DNA of 64,000 nucleotides from a virus: the IMG/VR virus record IMGVR_UViG_3300020234_000021, one strand, 5' to 3'. A program made the translations under genes and the position numbers. The notes beneath the pieces are model-generated. The model worked only from the letters and a program-made list of their open reading frames with translations. It ran no database searches and was not told the DNA's origin. Numbering within the stretch: position 1 is the first letter of the stretch; every line of letters starts with the position of its first letter. This document shows positions 18,620 through 27,554 of this stretch, one piece after another.

Positions 18620-21229
18620 CTACGTTGCGATGGTGTCGTCCTGACGAACCACGGTGATCGTCACCGAGTTGTCACCGACCGCCTGGTTGATCTCGAACGG
18701 CAGGATCACCTTGCCCTGTCGGGCGGTTGCGGCGACGTCCCAGGGCGAAGACGTGATCTTGATCAAGGTGTTGCCCTCCACTCCCGGCGAACCGTCGGTC
18801 CCGATGTCTTCCTCAACGTCGAGGATCAGGTCGAACAGGTTGTCGCCAGTCGCGTAGGTCTGGATCAGCGCGTTGATGATGTAGGTGTCACCCGAATCCC
18901 AGTCGTCAGCACCGCCGTACAGCGCCCGGACGTTCAGCGTCTCGCTGTCCACCACCTCGGTGACCTCCCAGACGTGAGTGGTCTTACCGCCGAAGGTGTT
19001 GCGGATCATCATCCCGACCTCGACCGGCGTGGCGCCGTCAAACGACTGCCCCGTGTCGATCAACTGAGTGGACGAGCTCGATGTCGCCGTCCCCGTCGCA
19101 GACGTCGGTACCGTCAGTGAGAACTCACCGTTGGAGACCTTGGTGACCGAATCGTAGTAGTAGCGATGCTCCTCCAGGAGTGTGGTTTCCACGATCCGTA
19201 CTACGCTGGCCAGGACCACTTCCGAGTCGATCGTGCCCGCCACCCGGATGATCACGTCGTCCTGGGAGTTGAACGCGCCACCAGGCGCCTCGATGCCACC
19301 GTACTTGTCACGGTCGATCACGCCGGCCGTGCCATCGTCCCTGGCGATCATCAGCCTATCGCCTGCTCGTGTGTTCGAGAAGCCGATGCTGATCGTGTTG
19401 GGTGGGTTGAGCGGCGTGGCCGAGTTATTCGGCGTTGCCGTGTAGGCCTGGGTGTCGGCCGACGCGGGATTGATGATGATCACCCCCCGAGTCAGGAACA
19501 CCGCCGTACCTGTTGAAGTGCCCAGAGGCGACTGCTTGGAGACCGTGAAGCGCTGGATCCCCAGGGTGCCAGCGCCATGGACGGTAATGTCCTCAACGCC
19601 GTCACCACCCTCACCAGAGATCAGGTCATCATTGGCCGGCTGGCTGGAAGTCAGCGACGTCTGGATGTCCATCAAGGTGATGTGGGTGTCCACCGAATCG
19701 GCTGGTGTGTCCAACTGCGCGACCATTCGCGCCGAGAACCCGGATCGGGCGGTGATGCTCACATCGTCGCCGTCGACCATGGCGCCGGTATTGGCGTCGT
19801 ACTCGAAGGTGCCCTCCAGGCCACGAAACGTCTCGCCAGGTACGTTGGTGCCCGCGCCGAATAGATCCGCCGCATCCGCACCCCTGCGCGTGACGTACTT
19901 GAAGCGCTCGTAGACCTTGCCGAATCCCACGTCGGACTGGGCATCGACCGTGATCGAGTAGTTCTCGAACGCGCCATCCCCGTCGAAATCGACGTTGGTG
20001 ACCGGGCCCAGGGCGAGGGTGACTGTCGCGCCCTCTCCGCTAGCTCCGTCTGTCGGCCCGGTCAGGTTATCCGCGACGGTGCCGGTCGTGGCATCCGCGT
20101 CACCGTCGGCGGCCAGGACGAAGTCGTACTCCTGGATCGCCTGGGTGTTCGAGAAGTCGGTCAGATCCCCAACCAGGTAGTACTCAAGGTCGGTGTTGCC
20201 GTTGGTCTCGGTGATCACTCCCTTGACCGTGGCCGTGTCCCAGGTGCCGCCGACATAGATGCCATTACCGACATTGAAGGTGCCCGTGACGCCCGTCAGG
20301 GTGCCTGTGGTCCGGTAGCCTGTCGTGTTGTTCAGGTCCGGGCTTGAGGCCAACGGCAGGGCTTGGAAACCCCCTGCGGCGACGTTCAACTGGAAGTTGT
20401 CGTACAACGCCGTGTAGCGCCGCGCGAACACCTCAAGGTCAGCATCCGCGATCAGCGAACCGGAGTCCTGCACCATCACCAGGATCGAGATGATCCCCAG
20501 CGAGACGTCCTGATCGGTGTCCCACCATTGGAACGTGCCGGTAGCGGCGTCGGCCAGCTTGACCCGGTTCTGGATCACGTAGACCTCGGTCGCGGTCGGT
20601 ACGGCACCAATCGCCTGGATGGCGGAGAACTGGGTGTCACCCGAGACGCCAGGCGTGGAGTTGGTGGTGCTGCCGGTACCCGCCAGTGCGACCAGCGTGC
20701 CCGTGCCGTCGAACGTGTCACCCGTGCTGGGTGTCGAATCGTCCGGTCGGATCCAGGCCACGGTAGTGCCATCGGGATCCAGGTCGAACTCAAGCAGCGT
20801 GCCTTCATCACCCGAGTCGCCCTGGGTGACCCTGCGACCGATGTCGCCGGCATTGAAGTTGGTGCCGCCCGAGTAGGCCACTTTGAGCACACCGTGCCCG
20901 GCCGTATCTGAGTCGGCGCCGACGGTCTTCATCGACCAGGCCGCGTTCAGCGCTCCTTCCTTCAGGAACTCCGTCGAGGTACGCGAGATGAAGTAGTCGT
21001 TCGCCATGACGTACGCATTCGGCGTCGTTGGCGTCATTCCGTTTTTGAAGGTCATCGCCTGGAAGAAGTCCGAGTTGGCCGCGAAGTCTGAGTAGACCTC
21101 GTTGGTGGTTCGCACAGGCCCGGAGATGTACTCCAGCATGCGCAATCCGGCCTGGCCGCTCTGCGGGTTCACTTTCTCGTCATCGAACGAGATCTTCCAG
21201 TCGCCTCCCAGTAGGTCGAGGGTGGTCAT
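18620..21229 (-). CDS. Large acidic Thr/Gly/Asp-rich protein, putative virion appendage
   Basis: 869-aa ORF, beta-strand-rich, no enzyme motif recognised. Confidence 0.6.
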   Translation of the reverse strand: MTTLDLLGGDWKISFDDEKVNPQSGQAGLRMLEYISGPVRTTNEVYSDFAANSDFFQAMTFKNGMTPTTPNAYVMANDYFISRTSTEFLKEGALNAAWSMKTVGADSDTAGHGVLKVAYSGGTNFNAGDIGRRVTQGDSGDEGTLLEFDLDPDGTTVAWIRPDDSTPSTGDTFDGTGTLVALAGTGSTTNSTPGVSGDTQFSAIQAIGAVPTATEVYVIQNRVKLADAATGTFQWWDTDQDVSLGIISILVMVQDSGSLIADADLEVFARRYTALYDNFQLNVAAGGFQALPLASSPDLNNTTGYRTTGTLTGVTGTFNVGNGIYVGGTWDTATVKGVITETNGNTDLEYYLVGDLTDFSNTQAIQEYDFVLAADGDADATTGTVADNLTGPTDGASGEGATVTLALGPVTNVDFDGDGAFENYSITVDAQSDVGFGKVYERFKYVTRRGADAADLFGAGTNVPGETFRGLEGTFEYDANTGAMVDGDDVSITARSGFSARMVAQLDTPADSVDTHITLMDIQTSLTSSQPANDDLISGEGGDGVEDITVHGAGTLGIQRFTVSKQSPLGTSTGTAVFLTRGVIIINPASADTQAYTATPNNSATPLNPPNTISIGFSNTRAGDRLMIARDDGTAGVIDRDKYGGIEAPGGAFNSQDDVIIRVAGTIDSEVVLASVVRIVETTLLEEHRYYYDSVTKVSNGEFSLTVPTSATGTATSSSSTQLIDTGQSFDGATPVEVGMMIRNTFGGKTTHVWEVTEVVDSETLNVRALYGGADDWDSGDTYIINALIQTYATGDNLFDLILDVEEDIGTDGSPGVEGNTLIKITSSPWDVAATARQGKVILPFEINQAVGDNSVTITVVRQDDTIAT

Positions 21230-21241
21230 TGTGCGTAACTC

Positions 21242-23635
21242 CTAATCACTTGGATCGAATTTTGAGATTGAATCGATAGTCCAAGGGATTGTCTCCGCTA
21301 GACCTGTAGAAATGATGGTTCGGACGGCGACCCCTTCTTGAGGGAAGGCCAAATAGCGTGTTGCGTCGATTGTAATCGTGCGCCCGCGAGTCTGGTTCGA
21401 GTTGGTCGAGTCTGCGAGCCGTGAGCGAACGTAGTAAAACGGTCCCTGGCCATTGACCGTGGTGAGGGCCATTGAAGCGAGCCCGGTCTTTTGCGCGATC
21501 TGAAGGATCGTGCCGAAGTCGATGATCAGGTTGCCCAGGTTCTCGTATTGGATGTTGCCGGTGACGTTGTTCAGGCTAATCGTTACCCAGTTGGGCACGG
21601 GATTGGTAGTCCAGTACTCCCACTGCACCACGGAGCCCACGCCGTTGGCGTCGGTGATGTCGACCTTGACCCGGTTGAACCTCTCGGTGTGGCCGAAGTA
21701 GAAGGCATCGTCATCGGCTGGCGTGGCCGGGAAGATGTTGACGTCGTCGGCCGTGGGCTCGGAGGCCTCCAGGGTCTCGTCGGTGAAGACGCCGCCGTCA
21801 TCCGCAATAGCCGCGACCGCAACACCCTGGTTGCGCGCTTTGATCAGCACGTCCAGGTCGCCTTCGTAGTTGTGGCTGAATCCGGTCTGGCCGTTGACGT
21901 CGGCAAAGGACTCATCGAGCACGTCACCGTCAGTGACGCCGCCCACGCTCTCATTGGCGATGACACTCACGGGGGTGCCTTCCGTCACGCCGCTCAGGGT
22001 CACGCTGACCGTCTGGATCACTAAGACTGTGCCGGTGTAGCCGGCCGCACGCTCGTAGCTGAAGGTGCCCTCACCGTCGGTGACGTTGATCGTGACGTCC
22101 CCGTCCAGGGCATTGTCCACGATGAACACCGTGTTGCCGGTCGTGCCGTCAGAGGCGGTCTCGTAGCCCGACACCGAGTAGCCCGAGATGTTGAAGGTGG
22201 TCAGGCTGGCCGTGTTCAGGGCGATCTCGATCGCGTGCCCGCTTCCGTCCGAGGTGAACGAGAAGTTGTCCTGGTTCTCCTCGACCGAGCTCGCGGTCCA
22301 GAGGATCGCGCCCAGCGGATCGGTGGTGCCGTTGAAGATGCAACCATCCGCGTCCATCGACAGGAAAGTGATTTGGCCACAGTTGACGAAGATGACGTCG
22401 TTGACGAACTTCTGGCCGACGTCCTGGGCGGGAAAAACGAACGTACCGCAGTCAACGAACTGGCCGTTGGTCCACTGACCCTCATCGAGATCCGCACTCA
22501 TCGTCCAGTTGGCGACCGTGCCCACTGACTGGATGAAGAAGTTGTCGAAGTTGACCACGTTGGTGGATCCGGAGTCGCCCACGCAATCGATGTCCATCGA
22601 GCCGGCGGTGATCCCGGCGCCGGCATCGGGGATGTCCCCGTTCAGGTAGAGCTGGAAGTCCGAGTCCTCGAACCACGCATCAGAGTCGAGCGAGCCGATC
22701 TGGAGCCCGAACTGCAATTCAAACGCCTTGGATCCAGCGATCAGGATCCGTGCGATACCCCAGGCGTTGTTGCTGTCTTCGTCCTCGGTGACGATCTCCT
22801 GGAACGTGCCTCGATCACCTGTAGCGCCCCCTTCGATCAGCAGCGCCGGGTCGGCGTTGTCCACGTAGCGCAGCACGTCAAAACCGACGTTGTCTGCGTT
22901 ACCAGCCGCCTTGCCAGGGAAGTCTCCACCGTAGCCAAGGTCGACAATGATCTCTGGAGCGAGGTCAGCCAGGACACCCGTCAGCACCCGCGTATTGGAT
23001 GGCAGGTCTGCGAGGTTCAGCCGGAAACTCGACCAGCCCTGGAAGAAGAATCCGAAGTTGTCCTGGCCGCCTGTTGCAAAGGCTATGCGATTCGGGATCG
23101 CTGCAAACGTGAGCGTGAACGTAGCACCCGAACCCCCTCCACCCGAGACCGTATCTGGCGAGGAGGCATCAATCGAATAGCCGCCGCCATCGGTCAGCGT
23201 AGAGGTCAGAATCTCACCGCTTCCACCCACGGTATCCACCCGGATCGTTGCGGCCGTGTTGCCAGCAACCACCGTGCCCGTGGCGACAGTCAACACCTCC
23301 AGCGCGGCATACCCAGTCCCTGCCGCTGCGATAACTGCGGTCGCCACATCGCGCAGTGCGTCACCCAGCACCATCGAGAGACCCGCCGGGTCAGCCTCGA
23401 CCGATGGAGCGCCCGACTTCTGCCAGCCGAACACCGTGCGACCAATGTAATCCTCCGACGTGATCGTGTGGAACACCTCATAACTTTCTTCCGAGGCCTG
23501 ATCCTGCAACGCGATCCCACCTTCTCGGGCCGCAGCAGTCACCGTGTTCAAGCCGCCCATCGAAGACGTCCACCCGGTCGTTGCGTCACCCGCGTCGATC
23601 AGCACCAGGTTGGCAGCATCGATGGTGACACTCAC
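21242..23635 (-). CDS. Large acidic beta-rich protein, putative virion appendage/tailspike-like
   Basis: 797-aa ORF; the central N/D/F/C-patterned stretch suggests a beta-helix. Confidence 0.55.
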   Translation of the reverse strand: MSVTIDAANLVLIDAGDATTGWTSSMGGLNTVTAAAREGGIALQDQASEESYEVFHTITSEDYIGRTVFGWQKSGAPSVEADPAGLSMVLGDALRDVATAVIAAAGTGYAALEVLTVATGTVVAGNTAATIRVDTVGGSGEILTSTLTDGGGYSIDASSPDTVSGGGGSGATFTLTFAAIPNRIAFATGGQDNFGFFFQGWSSFRLNLADLPSNTRVLTGVLADLAPEIIVDLGYGGDFPGKAAGNADNVGFDVLRYVDNADPALLIEGGATGDRGTFQEIVTEDEDSNNAWGIARILIAGSKAFELQFGLQIGSLDSDAWFEDSDFQLYLNGDIPDAGAGITAGSMDIDCVGDSGSTNVVNFDNFFIQSVGTVANWTMSADLDEGQWTNGQFVDCGTFVFPAQDVGQKFVNDVIFVNCGQITFLSMDADGCIFNGTTDPLGAILWTASSVEENQDNFSFTSDGSGHAIEIALNTASLTTFNISGYSVSGYETASDGTTGNTVFIVDNALDGDVTINVTDGEGTFSYERAAGYTGTVLVIQTVSVTLSGVTEGTPVSVIANESVGGVTDGDVLDESFADVNGQTGFSHNYEGDLDVLIKARNQGVAVAAIADDGGVFTDETLEASEPTADDVNIFPATPADDDAFYFGHTERFNRVKVDITDANGVGSVVQWEYWTTNPVPNWVTISLNNVTGNIQYENLGNLIIDFGTILQIAQKTGLASMALTTVNGQGPFYYVRSRLADSTNSNQTRGRTITIDATRYLAFPQEGVAVRTIISTGLAETIPWTIDSISKFDPSD

Positions 23636-23991
23636 TGGAGTTTGGCCTCGCGATCGGCCAGCACGATCGCCGCCGCAGAGATGCCGAACAGGGAGATCGG
23701 ATGGGGCGTGTCGATGCGCACTGAGTGATCGTGCTGGATCTCCTGGAGCATGCGGTTCATGCCGGTGCGCCCGAACACGTAGGTGGCCTCCACAGGGTGC
23801 TCGAACTCGGTCAGGGGCGTGGCTCCTCGCTGGTCCACCAACACCACGGCACTCTGGGCATCATCGGGTGGATCCCATTGGTCCCAGAGCGAGGTCGTCA
23901 CACCGTAGGCGCGACCCAACTGATTCCACATCCGGCGATCCGTTTTCGGATCCATCCACGTCGATTCAGCAAAGGCGACGACCTTGCTCAA
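23632..23991 (-). CDS. Minimal SPOUT (TrmH/SpoU-like) methyltransferase-fold protein
   Basis: TTG start at 23991 overlaps the upstream stop. L.EFEHP.EATYVFG..G ... VRIDT...SL....AAAIVLADR resembles SPOUT motifs 2 and 3. Confidence 0.55.
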   Translation of the reverse strand: MSKVVAFAESTWMDPKTDRRMWNQLGRAYGVTTSLWDQWDPPDDAQSAVVLVDQRGATPLTEFEHPVEATYVFGRTGMNRMLQEIQHDHSVRIDTPHPISLFGISAAAIVLADREAKLQ

Positions 23992-24461
23992 TGAATCACC
24001 TTCTTGGCTGGCTCGACCAGGACCAGCAGCGCAACCCGAGACCGGGAGCCCCGGTTCTTCATGAACGCATGCGTGTCCATGCCGTCGAGCACGATCGTGC
24101 CGTGCTCCCAGGGGATCTCGACAATCGCATCCTCGACGATCAGCGGGGCTGGGTTGTCGCCCGGATCCAGCCAGTGGATCAGTGCCACGGTGTGGGCCAG
24201 GTGATCGTGCGGGTAGCCCGGCTCGAAGTTGCCGGGCTCGCTCGTCGGGGGCGTGATCGTGACCCAGGCATGCAGGTTGCCGTGCCACCCAGGCAGGAGC
24301 GACACCACGCCGATCGCGTAGCGCATGAACTCCTGGACTTCCTTGCACTGACCCCAGGTGTTGAAGTTGATCGGCTGGGAACGCGGGTTCCCCGCATGGT
24401 TCGCTCGAACCACATCGATCAGCCCCTCGGGCCCTTGCCAGGTGTCACGGTAGAGGATCAC
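23988..24461 (-). CDS. 2OG-Fe(II) oxygenase-like protein (HxH type)
   Basis: PGYPHDH...ALIHWL...GTIVLDG..TH....N.G.RSRVALL: DSBH pattern with distal His and Arg. Confidence 0.55.
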   Translation of the reverse strand: MILYRDTWQGPEGLIDVVRANHAGNPRSQPINFNTWGQCKEVQEFMRYAIGVVSLLPGWHGNLHAWVTITPPTSEPGNFEPGYPHDHLAHTVALIHWLDPGDNPAPLIVEDAIVEIPWEHGTIVLDGMDTHAFMKNRGSRSRVALLVLVEPAKKVIH

Positions 24462-24706
24462 TACTCGACGGCTTCCGAGACCGTGCCTTCACCGACCACC
24501 CCGCTACCGACGACCACCTGGTAGGTGGTTGTTTTGGCCGTGACCTTGCTCTCACCCAGGGTGACTTCATCACCCACCAAAGGCACGTCCCCGGTCACGT
24601 CGAGGGTGAATGCCCGCCAGTCCTTGGTCAGGAACCGTGGCAAGCGAGAAGCATCGTTCTCGATCTGGATGGCGCTGCCCGCTTCGTTGACTAACAGGTA
24701 ACTCAC
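24461..24706 (-). CDS. Hypothetical protein
   Basis: 81 aa, coupled start/stop with neighbours. Confidence 0.5.
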   Translation of the reverse strand: MSYLLVNEAGSAIQIENDASRLPRFLTKDWRAFTLDVTGDVPLVGDEVTLGESKVTAKTTTYQVVVGSGVVGEGTVSEAVE

Positions 24707-24999
24707 GTTACGGCCTCCGGGTCTTGGGCTTCTGGGGAACCGGCTTGATCGCCTGTGGTGAGCGCGTCGGGCGCCTGCCCTCCACCGCTCTCCTGAGTCG
24801 GTTGGACTGGATCGTCTGAGGTCGGGTCACTCGTTGTGCCCGTAGCAGGGTCCGTGACTTTTTCATCGTCGCTCACCTGGTTGACTCGAATGGGTTGACC
24901 CGTCGGGCACATCTTCCCGGCGAGCGCGGCACTGTCGGCGTCGACAACGATCGTGTCGCTGCCTCCGGCGATCGTGTATTCAACTGCGAACTTGCTCAT
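24703..24999 (-). CDS. Hypothetical acidic protein
   Basis: 98 aa, ATGA-coupled, low-complexity acidic tail. Confidence 0.5.
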   Translation of the reverse strand: MSKFAVEYTIAGGSDTIVVDADSAALAGKMCPTGQPIRVNQVSDDEKVTDPATGTTSDPTSDDPVQPTQESGGGQAPDALTTGDQAGSPEAQDPEAVT

Positions 25000-25769
25000 T
25001 CTGGTTGCCTCCCGGCTATGAGTTGCTCTGCGAGCAGATATCCTTCCAGCGGCCAGAGCTGCCGGAATGCGTTGTCGTAGGCGATACGCTCACCTACCTC
25101 GGCGTCGTAGTTGTCGGGGTGGACGCAGGCCGAGTGACCCACGACGTCGAATCCGTTGTTCATGGTGATCACGACGATCGTCGAGGTCGGCGGATGACTG
25201 ATCACCTGGACGCCCTCGATTCGAGCCTCGATCGACTCCATGGTCACCGTGGGCTGGGTCGGCTCCGGCCTGGATGGCACGCCCCTTTTGGCGACCCCTT
25301 CCTTGGCCTGGATGATCAGTTCCTCGATCAATCCCTCGACGTCATCGGCGTGCCCGGTGGACAACCCGGCCGCGATCACCGCTTCACACAACGCCTCCAA
25401 GTCAGGGATGATGATCTCCTTGCCCTGTTCCAGGATCGTGACCTTCTCACCCTCGGGGATGGTGAGTTTGATCTCCTCCGTGGGCTCGTCGGTCTCGGTT
25501 TGCAGTGCGTCCATACGTTTGATCTCATCGTTGAGTCGGGCGGATCGCTCGCTGCCGGTCTCGTTGACAGGCGGCTCGTCGGATTTCTCGGGCTCCGGTT
25601 CGAGCGATGAGAAGTCCAGCACACAGTGGCGCTGGGACGTCCCCTGGATCTCACTCGACGCTTGGGATCGCGTATGGCACCCCTCGGTGCAATCCACACC
25701 CGTGTGTGGGCAAAACGTGTCAACGGTCGACTCTGCGACGGTTGGTTCGGACATCTCAGCCTCCTTCAA
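24996..25769 (-). CDS. Gp49/Sf6 gp66-family domain protein with long N-terminal extension
   Basis: C-terminal VITMNNGFDVVGHSACVHPDNYDAEVGERIAYDNAFRQLWPLEGYLL is the Phage_gp49_66 signature. Confidence 0.7.
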   Translation of the reverse strand: MKEAEMSEPTVAESTVDTFCPHTGVDCTEGCHTRSQASSEIQGTSQRHCVLDFSSLEPEPEKSDEPPVNETGSERSARLNDEIKRMDALQTETDEPTEEIKLTIPEGEKVTILEQGKEIIIPDLEALCEAVIAAGLSTGHADDVEGLIEELIIQAKEGVAKRGVPSRPEPTQPTVTMESIEARIEGVQVISHPPTSTIVVITMNNGFDVVGHSACVHPDNYDAEVGERIAYDNAFRQLWPLEGYLLAEQLIAGRQPE

Positions 25770-25787
25770 TGTTCAATAGTTTGCCGG

Positions 25788-26060
25788 TCATTTGGTGCCT
25801 TGGCGTCTCCTGGTCGCGAGACCGGAACGTCGGCGTTTGGCCAGGCCCTTGGTCTTGGCCAGCCCCTTGCCTGCCCCCTTGTAACCAGCGGAGGTCTTGC
25901 CCATGGTGGACGCCGGCACGGGGGCGCGCTCCGGGGTTGCCATCAGGGCCTTGCCTGCCTCGGCACCCGCCTTGCCAACGGCCGTCTTGGTGCGCGCCGT
26001 GCGCTCCTTCTTCTGCTGGGTGGTCATCGGCTTTTTCTTTGGTGCAGCGTGCTTTGTCAT
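25788..26060 (-). CDS. Lys/Arg/Ala-rich basic (histone-like) protein
   Basis: 90 aa, strongly basic low-complexity sequence; AAGGAGAG SD. Confidence 0.55.
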   Translation of the reverse strand: MTKHAAPKKKPMTTQQKKERTARTKTAVGKAGAEAGKALMATPERAPVPASTMGKTSAGYKGAGKGLAKTKGLAKRRRSGLATRRRQGTK

Positions 26061-26161
26061 GTCGCTCTCCTTCGTCGCCTGGCGGTACGCCGGACGGGCG
26101 GTGTTTTTCGTTTCGGTCGCGTGGCTTTACGGCTCGTGCCGTAGCCTCGTTTCTCAGTCAT
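26057..26161 (-). CDS. 34-aa protamine-like peptide
   Basis: Read by hand: MTEKRGYGTSRKATRPKRKTPPVRRTARRRRRAT. ATGA overlaps at both ends. Confidence 0.45.
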   Translation of the reverse strand: MTEKRGYGTSRKATRPKRKTPPVRRTARRRRRAT

Positions 26162-26385
26162 TCATCAGGCGCCCGGAGCGCTTCGACGACCAATTCAAGG
26201 ACGTTCGCCAGCTCAAGCGCGTTCGCGGGATCCATGTTCTCGGACCACGCCAGCGCCTCGATATCCCAGCGCACCTTCCCGGTCGCACCCAGTCGATAGC
26301 CGTCGATGTCCAGCACCAGGTGGTAGGTCGGATCCATCTTGGCGCGGCGCGCAGCGGTGAACTGGTCCACTGGTTTGGTTTTCAT
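26158..26385 (-). CDS. Hypothetical protein
   Basis: 75 aa, TGATG-coupled. Confidence 0.5.
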   Translation of the reverse strand: MKTKPVDQFTAARRAKMDPTYHLVLDIDGYRLGATGKVRWDIEALAWSENMDPANALELANVLELVVEALRAPDE

Positions 26386-26483
26386 CAGTACTCCAGCAGC
26401 GGGTTGGTGTAGTCGTCGGCCGGCGGATCCGGATCATCTGGATCACCTCGATGAGTCTGACCGCGTGTTCTCGGGGCCTTCAC
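26385..26483 (-). CDS. 32-aa peptide
   Basis: Read by hand: MKAPRTRGQTHRGDPDDPDPPADDYTNPLLEY. Coupled at both ends (GTGA, TGATG). Confidence 0.35.
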   Translation of the reverse strand: MKAPRTRGQTHRGDPDDPDPPADDYTNPLLEY

Positions 26484-26614
26484 CTGTTCGCCTTCCGGGA
26501 CGCCTTGGCGATCCGTTGTCGGTTTCGATTTCGAGCGCGTTGCTTTGTGAACCATGGTGCCTCCCGGCCGCGAATGTCGTTACGTGCTGACTTGTTGCCA
26601 CTAAGCCGCGTCAT
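26480..26614 (-). CDS. 44-aa Arg-rich peptide
   Basis: MTRLSGNKSARNDIRGREAPWFTKQRARNRNRQRIAKASRKANR; fills the operon gap. Confidence 0.4.
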   Translation of the reverse strand: MTRLSGNKSARNDIRGREAPWFTKQRARNRNRQRIAKASRKANR

Positions 26615-26870
26615 CGTCGTCCTCGACGTGATCGAGTACCTGTTCCATGAGCTGGCCCAGGCGGATCGAGCCATGGGTCAAGAGCCCGTACAGCTTGATC
26701 GGCAGCGCCGTGCTCCACAGCACGTGCAGGGTCTTGTCTTTGTCGCCGCCCATGGCGACCACCACCACGCAGTCGAGCGCGTCGTCATTCGCGAGCTGGG
26801 TGAGCTCGACCGCGACCTGGGCCGGCGTGCGCCCATCGCCAAAGGTCTCCACGACGACGTTGCTGCTCAT
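26601..26870 (-). CDS. Hypothetical protein
   Basis: 89 aa, ATGA-coupled. Confidence 0.55.
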   Translation of the reverse strand: MSSNVVVETFGDGRTPAQVAVELTQLANDDALDCVVVVAMGGDKDKTLHVLWSTALPIKLYGLLTHGSIRLGQLMEQVLDHVEDDDDAA

Positions 26871-27100
26871 AGGCAGGTGCCGCTTCCCAGGGTCGTGTCG
26901 CCATCACCCACACTTCGACAATCTCCGTGTACTGCTGGATCAGGGGACTTGCCGACCGGGCAGGCGACCAGCGTGTTGGCCGCACCACACTCGAAGAAGT
27001 CCTTCTGCGCGATGTCGACCTCCACCACCTCGGGGTTGCACCCGGTCAGCGTGATCAGGGCGGCGGCGAAGCCGGTCAGTGCCAGTGCTGATAGATTCAT
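26867..27100 (-). CDS. Small Cys-rich lipoprotein
   Basis: Hydrophobic N-terminus ending in lipobox LTGC; four further Cys. Confidence 0.55.
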   Translation of the reverse strand: MNLSALALTGFAAALITLTGCNPEVVEVDIAQKDFFECGAANTLVACPVGKSPDPAVHGDCRSVGDGDTTLGSGTCL

Positions 27101-27261
27101 CGCTTCCCCCTGCCACGATTGATGTGGCCCATGATCTCGTCCAGCTTCTTGGATTGGACGCGGTTGCGGCGAGTCGCGACCCCTTCACCCTTGTGGGTGT
27201 GATCGCTCTCGTTGTGCTGCGCCTCTCGTTTGGCTCTCGAACCTCCAGCTCCTCCAGGCAT
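27097..27261 (-). CDS. 54-aa basic peptide
   Basis: MPGGAGGSRAKREAQ...RGRGKR; TAATG and ATGA coupling. Confidence 0.4.
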   Translation of the reverse strand: MPGGAGGSRAKREAQHNESDHTHKGEGVATRRNRVQSKKLDEIMGHINRGRGKR

Positions 27262-27539
27262 TAGCGTGCTCCTCTGATGGCTTCTCGGGCTTGTTCTTTC
27301 GTGAAACTGTCCGGCGGTCTGGCCGGGTCCAGGACGCGACGTTTGGTCGGGCTCCCGCGTGCCGGATCCTCCAGGATCAGCGATTCGCGCAAGGCCTTCA
27401 TGCACGCCTGTTCGGAGCGGTTGGCCTCGACCTCGACGTCCATGGCCGTAGCTCGCTTGAACGGTTCGCGCTGGATCTTCACGCCGATCTCGACGACCTG
27501 ATCCTTGACGCTGTGGGATACGCGGCAGTAGTACTTCAT
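27261..27539 (-). CDS. Hypothetical protein
   Basis: 92-aa ORF in the operon. Confidence 0.5.
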   Translation of the reverse strand: MKYYCRVSHSVKDQVVEIGVKIQREPFKRATAMDVEVEANRSEQACMKALRESLILEDPARGSPTKRRVLDPARPPDSFTKEQAREAIRGAR

Positions 27540-27554
27540 GATCTTAGGCTCCAG

